This document shows positions 26,001 through 32,000 of a DNA stretch of 32,000 nt, piece by piece. The first letter of the stretch is position 1. Every line of letters starts with the position of its first letter. A program made the translations under genes and the position numbers. This DNA comes from Saccharolobus solfataricus (lineage in GTDB: Archaea; Thermoproteota; Thermoprotei_A; Sulfolobales; Sulfolobaceae), in contig NZ_LT549890.1 in assembly GCF_900079115.1 (NCBI RefSeq), positions 1,110,001-1,142,000 on the forward strand, written 5' to 3'. Under the pieces are notes generated by a model. It saw only the letters and a list, made by a program, of their open reading frames with translations. It did no database searches and was not told the origin of the DNA.

Positions 26001-26453
26001 TCATGGGATTTCATGATATTTAATATTAATCCTCAGCCCTTGGGCTTCACCAAAGTCACGGACGTTCATCCCTCTCCGCCCCATTAGCGGGATAACCCCA
26101 ACCCACACCCGCGCTATTTCACGGATGTGAGGAAAACCGCACATCTTGAGATAAATATTCAGTGAAGCATTCAATTGCCTATCTAACTTGAACCCGCACC
26201 TCTCACACTCAAAGGTCTTACCAACCTTTCGGGATACAAACCCACATCTGGGGCAAGACCTCGAGGTGAGGTACGGGTTAACCTCCTTCACGAAGGAGCC
26301 GTAAAGCGGAGCCTTGTACTTCAACACTCTGTGTATACTCCTCCAAACAGTCCTAGAAATCTTCCTCGAAAGAGACTCATTAGCATCTACAAACATACCC
26401 TCTTTATCAAGCTTTTCCACAGCGAAAAACGTCATGGGGTACAAGTCCAACAA
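26001..26453 (-). pseudogene. tnpB: tnpB (OrfB) C-terminal fragment
   Basis: 150 aa. RuvC-II-like AVEKLDK, zinc finger CPRCGFVSRKVGKTFECERCGF, and RuvC-III-like DRQLNASLNI. In a different frame from the N-terminal fragment. Confidence 0.8.
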
Positions 26454-26564
26454 CGCGTTTACAAACTTGTGAACGAAGTCCAGAACGCTAGTGCTTTCAG
26501 AAAGTTTATAGCTTTAGGCAAAGGATATACCACTAGATCATAGTCTAAGAACTTTTCCAAAATA

Positions 26565-27350
26565 CTAGCGATTCCTCTCCCTATGCGAATACTTCCTCAT
26601 CAACTCTCTCCCCCTCTTCGTGTGCTTTGATGCAAATGATTGCACCTTAGCCCTCTTCACCTCCATAGAGTACTTAAGGGAGTACAACTGCTTCAGAGAG
26701 ATTGTAACGAATTTCTCACCATCATAAGCATCTAGAGTATAAAGGTTGGAGTCAATAGCTAGAAAGTTCACTGGTGTTACCCACGGTAACTTGTAACGAA
26801 ATGGCAAATACACTTTCTCCTCCTTAATTATAGGTTCGCCAAGTTCCAACTCCCTAACCCTTCTTGAGAACCATGACTTACTCCACGGGAAGGTGATGTA
26901 CTCATAAGGTCTTACAGTTATTCTAACGCTTTCCCCCACAACCTTCCTCAGAGTCGTCTTTATCCTAACGTAAGCCTTCTTTACCCTTGGTTTTTCAATC
27001 GAAGCTCTCCCCTTTATGGCCCTTTTCCTCCACGACTTCAAGATCGAGAATGCGTCATTAATTGCCTTATCAACGTAGTGTGACGCGAGGTGGTTGATCT
27101 TCTCCAACTCTTCCCTAAGTGGTTTGTACACTTCCTTCTTCTTCGGTAGTGTTATCTTGTAATTACCGTTCTTTTTTCTTACTTGTATTTTCGTTAAACT
27201 CCACAAGTAGTCAATTGCTTTCTGTAGTAGTGTTCTGTATTCTTTAATTAACTCTTTGCTCTTCTCCCTCTCACTATTCTTGATAGAGTACGTGAAGTGC
27301 ACGTATTCCTCTTCCGGTTCAAATTTTCCAATTCTTAAGTTCTTCAGCAC
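26565..27350 (-). pseudogene. tnpB: tnpB (OrfB) N-terminal fragment
   Basis: 261 aa ending ..KYSHRERNR-stop. Contains the AIDSNL RuvC-I-like aspartate block. Overlaps the tnpA 3' end by 32 nt, as is usual for IS607-type elements. Confidence 0.8.
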
Positions 27351-27906
27351 ATTTCTTCACCTTTTCGTATTCATGACTTCTCATACCATACAGTTTCCCA
27401 CTGAATGAGACTAGTGCTGACATTAGGTCTTCAACTAGTTCTTCCTCTTTGTCCTCTTGGTTTAGTACTACTATTTCACAGTTGTGTGCTTTGCACACTT
27501 CCTCCAGGATTTCGAAGCCGACTCTAACAAGTCTGTCTGGGTAAGCAACAACTACGCGTGATACTTCGTTGTTCAGTATCATTCTTAACAACTTCAAGAA
27601 CCCCTTTCTCTTCATGTTTAACCCGGAACCTATGTCAGTAATTACGAGGTCGTACTCCTTGACTTGTTCCTCTAGATACTTCACTTGGTTTACTAGTTCG
27701 TCTTTTTGTGTGGAAGATGATACTCTAGCGTAAAGTATTACTTTTCTTTTTCTAATAATTCCCATTAGCCTCTCTACGTCCTCTTCTCCGAATCTTTGTT
27801 TTCCACTCTGTAGTATAACTGGTTTTATGTATCCTTTCTTAACGTATTCTCTAAGTGTTGCATAGGATATTCCTAGTCTTTGGCATGCTTCCTTAGGTCT
27901 TAGCAT
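27319..27906 (-). CDS. tnpA: IS607-type serine recombinase (TnpA) with MerR-like HTH
   Basis: 195 aa. N-terminal LRPKEACQRLGISYATLREYVKKGYI (MerR-like HTH) followed by the resolvase catalytic block VILYARVSSSTQ. Confidence 0.85.
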   Translation of the reverse strand: MLRPKEACQRLGISYATLREYVKKGYIKPVILQSGKQRFGEEDVERLMGIIRKRKVILYARVSSSTQKDELVNQVKYLEEQVKEYDLVITDIGSGLNMKRKGFLKLLRMILNNEVSRVVVAYPDRLVRVGFEILEEVCKAHNCEIVVLNQEDKEEELVEDLMSALVSFSGKLYGMRSHEYEKVKKCAEELKNWKI

Positions 27907-28295
27907 TGTATAAGAGTTTGTGTCAAAATAATATAAACTTTACGGTTTATCGGAAATCGTTGGCAACGGCAACCCCAGTTGCAGGAATAAACGTATCAAA
28001 GGATAAACTATTTTCACAATATTCAAAAATGAGAAGAGGGAAAAATTTCAGACTTTCACTCATTCTTTTATTCATAACATTAGTTCCTAAAGATAATCCT
28101 AATCGAAATAGAGAAAACGCTTAATAATACTATAGATTTATTTTCAAGAGAGTGATTTAGGGTCTATCGGGGAGACAGAGATAAGCCAGCAGAGGTTCAA
28201 AGGCTTGAAATGAAATACATAACAAAGTAAGGGTTTAGAATTGACTTTTATTTTTTGCTTAAAAAGATGTCACTATGCATAATCTTTTCATGATT

Positions 28296-28315
28296 TGTTT
28301 GAAACATGTTTGAAA
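28296..28315 (+). promoter_or_regulatory. Tandem TGTTTGAAA direct repeat (11-bp period) just upstream of the TATA box of the aldehyde dehydrogenase gene
   Basis: TGTTTGAAA at 28296-28304 and 28307-28315. TATATTAA at 28320-28327 lies about 23-30 nt upstream of the ATG at 28350, a leaderless-type geometry. Confidence 0.3.
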
Positions 28316-28349
28316 GAGGTATATTAACGCTTATTATTTTAAATTACTT

Positions 28350-29828
28350 ATGGGTAAGGTATTGGGAGAGGTAAAGAAGGATTATGGAAAGCTAAAGCTC
28401 TACATAAATGGTGAGTTTATAGATTCTAAAACTGATACAATAGGCAAAGCATATAATCCAGCTAAAGATGAAATTATTGCTGAAGTCCCATTCTCAGCTA
28501 AAGATGAAGTTGAAGAGGCTATACAATCAGCCCAAGAGGCATTTGAAAAATGGAGAGAAGTTCCAATAACAACTAGAATACAATACCTCTTTGCACTTAA
28601 GAATAGATTAGAGGAGTATTCAGAAACAATAGCTAGGATAATAGTTCAGAATCACGGAAAGACCATCCAAGAGGCTAGAGGAGATATGAGGAGAACTATA
28701 GAGAACGTTGAGGCTGCAATAAGTGCAGCCTACACTTTATATAAGGGCGAACATCTAGATCAAGTATCTCAGGAGGTTGATGAGACCGTTGTTAGGGAAC
28801 CTTTGGGAGTTTTTGGAATTATAACTCCATTTAATTTCCCAACAATGGTTCCCTTCTGGTTCCTCCCATATGCGATAGTTTTAGGCAATACGGTAGTAGT
28901 CAAACCTTCTGAGATAACTCCAGTACCAATGGATTTTATTATTAGAATTTTTGACGAGATTAAGTTACCTAGAGGCGTTGTAAACGTTGTTCACGGTGCA
29001 AAGGATGTAGTTGATGAGTTTCTTACCAATAAGTTAGTTCAAGGTGTAACTTTCGTAGGTTCAACGAGAGTAGGAAAATATATTTATGAAAATGCAGGGA
29101 AAAACGGTAAGAAGGCTATTGTTCAAGCAGGGGCTAAGAACTTTGTCGTTGTAATGCCAGATGCTGATTTAAATAAGGCAATACCTTCTATCGTCTCAGC
29201 GTTCTTTGGCAATGCTGGACAAAGATGTCTGGCCGCCGCTAATTTAGTAGCTGTAGGGAATATTTATGATGAGGTTAAGAGGAAGTTCATAGAGGCTTCA
29301 AAACAACTAAAGATAGGTTATGGTTTAGATGAAAGTGTAGATATGGGACCAGTAGTGACAAAGGACGCTAAAAAGAGAATAATAGGATATATAGAGAAGG
29401 GAATTGAGGAGGGTGCAAAATTATTATTGGACGGGAGAGATGTAAAGGTTCCAGAGTATCCTAATGGATATTTCCTAGGTCCAACAGTATTTGATGAAGT
29501 TACACCAGAAATGGTAATAGCTAAGGAGGAGATATTTGGACCAGTAGCATCCATAATTCACGTTAAGAATTTAGATGAAGCGATTAACATCATAAATAGA
29601 AGTAATTACGGTAATGCGTCATCAATATTTACCACCAGTGGTTATTATGCCAGAAAGTTTAGGCGTGAAGTCAATACCGGAAATATAGGTATTAATATAG
29701 GAGTAGCTGCACCAATGGCGTTCTTTCCATTTGGAGGTAGGAAGGAATCCTTCTTTGGCATACTGCATGGGCAAATAGATAGCGTAGACTTCTTCACAGA
29801 TAAGAAGGTAGTAATAACCAGGTGGTAA
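28350..29828 (+). CDS. Aldehyde dehydrogenase, methylmalonate-semialdehyde dehydrogenase (CoA-acylating) type
   Basis: 492 aa. Catalytic Cys in GNAGQRCLAA, EEIFGPV, and QAGAKNF in place of the ELGGK glutamate block as in MMSDH-type enzymes. The C-terminal GINIGVAAPMAFFPFGGRKESFFG is typical of that subfamily. Confidence 0.8.
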   Translation: MGKVLGEVKKDYGKLKLYINGEFIDSKTDTIGKAYNPAKDEIIAEVPFSAKDEVEEAIQSAQEAFEKWREVPITTRIQYLFALKNRLEEYSETIARIIVQNHGKTIQEARGDMRRTIENVEAAISAAYTLYKGEHLDQVSQEVDETVVREPLGVFGIITPFNFPTMVPFWFLPYAIVLGNTVVVKPSEITPVPMDFIIRIFDEIKLPRGVVNVVHGAKDVVDEFLTNKLVQGVTFVGSTRVGKYIYENAGKNGKKAIVQAGAKNFVVVMPDADLNKAIPSIVSAFFGNAGQRCLAAANLVAVGNIYDEVKRKFIEASKQLKIGYGLDESVDMGPVVTKDAKKRIIGYIEKGIEEGAKLLLDGRDVKVPEYPNGYFLGPTVFDEVTPEMVIAKEEIFGPVASIIHVKNLDEAINIINRSNYGNASSIFTTSGYYARKFRREVNTGNIGINIGVAAPMAFFPFGGRKESFFGILHGQIDSVDFFTDKKVVITRW

Positions 29829-29861
29829 AATTAATTTTTAACCACTATTTTTAGCCATCTT

Positions 29862-30548
29862 TTAGCTATCCTTTTTCTCCTCTTCTTGCTTAGAGACATT
29901 GTTAATTACATTGTAGAATTTTAGGTCGTCAATATATCGTTTAATTATTCTCGACTCAGCCGATCTTAAATGATATGTGAATGTGGATTTACTTATATTT
30001 ATCAATTTAGATATTTTATCAGACTTGATCCTCCTAGGAAAATCAAAATATCCATTTTTATAAGCTAAAATTAAAGTTTTGAGTTCATATGGAGTAAGTT
30101 CATCCTCAGTTATATCTAATTCATGAAAACTAATAAACTCTACATTCCCTTTTGACTTAAGCTTCTCTCTCAGTTCATTAACGTAACTTTCATATAATAA
30201 AACTCGCCAATATTCCTTTCCATCATACTTAAATCCATCTAAGATTATTCCATCTACGGAGTTTATATTATCCATCACACTATTTTTGTATCTCTTTCTG
30301 AAATCAAACAGTATTTTCTTATTATCTGTTGTAAGTGAAACTAATGAGTACCCTATGAAACTATTATTTCTTTTTATCTTATTTATTAACTCCTTGTATT
30401 TTTTATCCACAACAATTAGAGACCTAATAAAGTTCCTCTCAGTGTCTACGGAAAACCTTAAAGTTTTCACAACGTATTTACCAACTAGATTAGTCCAACA
30501 ATTCTCATGTTCTACGGAAAACGTAATCTCCAATAACCTATCACTCAT
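29862..30548 (-). CDS. HTH_10 (bacterio-opsin-activator-like) transcriptional regulator
   Basis: 228 aa. C-terminal LTPYELKTLILAYKNGYFDFPRRIKSDKISKLINISKSTFTYHLRSAESRIIKRY matches the archaeal HTH_10 domain pattern. Confidence 0.75.
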   Translation of the reverse strand: MSDRLLEITFSVEHENCWTNLVGKYVVKTLRFSVDTERNFIRSLIVVDKKYKELINKIKRNNSFIGYSLVSLTTDNKKILFDFRKRYKNSVMDNINSVDGIILDGFKYDGKEYWRVLLYESYVNELREKLKSKGNVEFISFHELDITEDELTPYELKTLILAYKNGYFDFPRRIKSDKISKLINISKSTFTYHLRSAESRIIKRYIDDLKFYNVINNVSKQEEEKKDS

Positions 30549-30759
30549 ACATTTTTACCTATAATACTATTTTCGATTAGAATTTTTAAGCTTTATGAAA
30601 ATTCTCCTTATCTCAAACTATTGAATCAAGCAAAAATGTTCATAGTGAATCAAGTTGCTATCTAAAAACATTTATAGTGTAATTATTGATATTTTAATTA
30701 ATTTATTCATCTAATTTACTTTATTTTTCATATCGAACATGTTAGAGAAATCCATTTTA

Positions 30760-30786
30760 TACTTCGTCAGACTTTAAAGGGCAAGA
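30760..30786. repeat. ISC1078 terminal inverted repeat (left)
   Basis: TACTTCGTCAGACTTTAAAGGGCAAGA. The reverse complement of 31811-31837 is TACTTCGTCAGACTTTAAAGAGCAAGA. Confidence 0.9.
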
Positions 30787-31780
30787 AAACTTCACTCAGT
30801 ATTGACGTCCAAGGTTCACCGCACCTCTTCACACTATACGTAAGGTCATTTACTCTCTTGGATATGGAGCGTAGGAACCTCGTTGCATCCCACATTAAGG
30901 TCTCGAAGTCCGTGTAAATCTTCGAGTAGAGCCTTTTCTTGAGGACTGCCCACGGCCCCTCCGCCGGACTCTTATCCGGAGAGTAAGGCGGCAGATAAAC
31001 AAACTCCACCCCATTTTCCTCAAGGAATTCCCTCACTTCATTACCGTGTATTCTAGCATTATCCATCACTATCACGGTCTTCTCGTCCTTTATTACCTTC
31101 CTCAAGTAGAGTATAATATCTTTTGAGTTCAGCGAGGGCTTCTTGTATGTCGAATAGGAGAAAGTTATTCCCTCTTTACTAATCGTTATCCCGCCTACTA
31201 CTGCAAACCTCTTCCTCTTAGGGTTGACCTTTATCCCTCCTCCGACCTTCATCCAGCCTTTACCCTTGTTTATGTAGGACACGTACGACTCATCGAAGAT
31301 GTGTACCTTGTACCCTTCTCTTATTTTTTTAAAAAGCTTCTCCCCTTGTTCCTTCACCCACCTTTCTACAGCGTTATCGTCTCTAACGTAAGTTCTCTTT
31401 CCTTTCTTGTACTTGAAGCCTAACTTCTTGAGGACTGGGCTTAAACTCCTCGGGTTGTACTTTATCCCAAATTCCTTGTCAAGTATATACGCTATGAGCT
31501 TCAAGGTCCAGAAATCGTAGTTCAAGCCGAAATCTCTTGGGCTCTTTTCTAAGATTCGGACGAGCTTTTCCTCGTCCTTCAGTTTCGTGGGTCCCTTCCT
31601 CGGCTTAGCGCTCAGGTCACCTTTCCTCAACCACTTGTACACGGTAAAGATGGAGACGTCATACTTCTTGGCAACGTCCTTTATACTCATCCCGTTCCTC
31701 ACATCTTTTACAGCGTTAATCCTCCTCTCTTCCTCTTGTTTCTTGTTGAGCCTTATACCGTGCATTCTGGATTTCGGCAT
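30767..31780 (-). CDS. IS630-family DDE transposase
   Basis: 337 aa. N-terminal HTH (MSIKDVAKKYDVSIFTVYKWLRKG), then catalytic blocks HIFDESYVS, VIVMDNARIHG and SPDKSPAEGPWAVLK. The stop codon lies inside the left IR. Confidence 0.9.
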   Translation of the reverse strand: MPKSRMHGIRLNKKQEEERRINAVKDVRNGMSIKDVAKKYDVSIFTVYKWLRKGDLSAKPRKGPTKLKDEEKLVRILEKSPRDFGLNYDFWTLKLIAYILDKEFGIKYNPRSLSPVLKKLGFKYKKGKRTYVRDDNAVERWVKEQGEKLFKKIREGYKVHIFDESYVSYINKGKGWMKVGGGIKVNPKRKRFAVVGGITISKEGITFSYSTYKKPSLNSKDIILYLRKVIKDEKTVIVMDNARIHGNEVREFLEENGVEFVYLPPYSPDKSPAEGPWAVLKKRLYSKIYTDFETLMWDATRFLRSISKRVNDLTYSVKRCGEPWTSILSEVFLPFKV

Positions 31781-31810
31781 AACAATTTAGTATTACTCAT
31801 GAAATATAAA

Positions 31811-31837
31811 TCTTGCTCTTTAAAGTCTGACGAAGTA
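31811..31837. repeat. ISC1078 terminal inverted repeat (right)
   Basis: Pairs with 30760-30786 with one mismatch. Confidence 0.9.
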
Positions 31838-31864
31838 TAGTAGAGTAAGATAAAATTTCTTTTG

Positions 31865-32000
31865 ATGAAGGCAGCTAGATTAGTGGAGTTTCAAAAACCT
31901 CTTAAAATAGAGGATCTAGATGTTCCTAAAGTGGGAAAAGGAGATGTACTTCTGAAAGTGATAAGCTGTGGAATATGCAGATCAGATTGGCATCTATGGC
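31865..32000 (+). CDS. Zinc-dependent alcohol dehydrogenase (MDR family), 5' part only; runs off the window
   Basis: Hand translation from the ATG at 31865: MKAARLVEFQKPLKIEDLDVPKVGKGDVLLKVISCGICRSDWHLW. This contains the catalytic-zinc CGICxSDxH motif. Confidence 0.7.
   Translation, partial: MKAARLVEFQKPLKIEDLDVPKVGKGDVLLKVISCGICRSDWHLW

Larger units (their letters stand above)
25870..27960 (-). mobile_element. IS607-family element (ISC1904/ISC1913-like): serine recombinase tnpA plus disrupted tnpB; ends approximate
   Basis: Overlapping tnpA/tnpB arrangement. The family lacks IRs and TSDs, so the ends are inferred only from the drop in G+C near 25870 and from the tnpA promoter region. Confidence 0.6.
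30760..31837 (-). mobile_element. ISC1078-type insertion sequence (IS630/Tc1-mariner family), complete
   Basis: Exactly 1078 bp. 27-bp terminal IRs (26/27 identical), flanked by TA on both sides (30758-30759 and 31838-31839) as expected for IS630-family TA duplication. Intact transposase. Confidence 0.92.

Noticed and set aside
27906-28124. 72-aa ORF in the gap between tnpA and the aldehyde dehydrogenase gene
   Set aside because: It starts back-to-back with the tnpA start codon inside what should be the tnpA promoter or IS end. It has no motif and an odd composition, so it is probably non-coding.
28194-28204. GGTTCAAAGGC, reminiscent of a tRNA T-arm/T-loop, in a G+C-richer island
   Set aside because: The flanking bases cannot form the T-stem (AGAGG is not matched by CCTCT), and no acceptor or anticodon stems can be drawn. 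It is not a tRNA or an obvious tRNA fragment.
1-32000. CRISPR arrays, rRNA or tRNA genes
   Set aside because: I found no regularly spaced direct repeats of CRISPR size, and no G+C-rich structured-RNA-like blocks outside the IS elements.

Overview
Low-GC archaeal DNA that looks like a Sulfolobaceae (Saccharolobus/Sulfolobus solfataricus-type) chromosome. Two insertion sequences have exactly the lengths behind the names ISC1173 (11051-12223, 1173 bp, 49-bp perfect IRs, 8-bp TSD) and ISC1078 (30760-31837, 1078 bp, TA TSD). Three more IS are present: an IS4/IS5-type DDE element at the left edge, a frameshift-riddled IS5-type element at about 21.8-22.7 kb, and an IS607-type tnpA/tnpB element at about 25.9-27.9 kb. 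The main content is a dispersed, partly decayed cytoplasmic [NiFe]-hydrogenase locus. It comprises hypF; a small subunit with no Tat leader and two non-canonical Fe-S ligand positions; a large subunit split by a 1-nt frame change in an A5 run; a co-oriented Cys-containing HxlR regulator; and a second, cysteine-depleted large-subunit homologue truncated beside an IS. The maturation endopeptidase lies about 15 kb away, beyond two IS. Between these parts lie a CooC-type ATPase operon divergent from a membrane protein plus a five-gene Opp/Dpp/Nik-type ABC importer (candidate nickel supply and insertion module), an FmdE-domain protein, and several very AT-rich orphan genes (362 aa; about 690 aa with an in-frame TGA; 253 aa). 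The right part carries a beta-carbonic anhydrase, a methylmalonate-semialdehyde-type aldehyde dehydrogenase, an HTH_10 regulator and the start of a Zn-alcohol dehydrogenase. I saw no rRNA, tRNA or CRISPR array. All function calls rest on motif recognition by eye, not on database searches.
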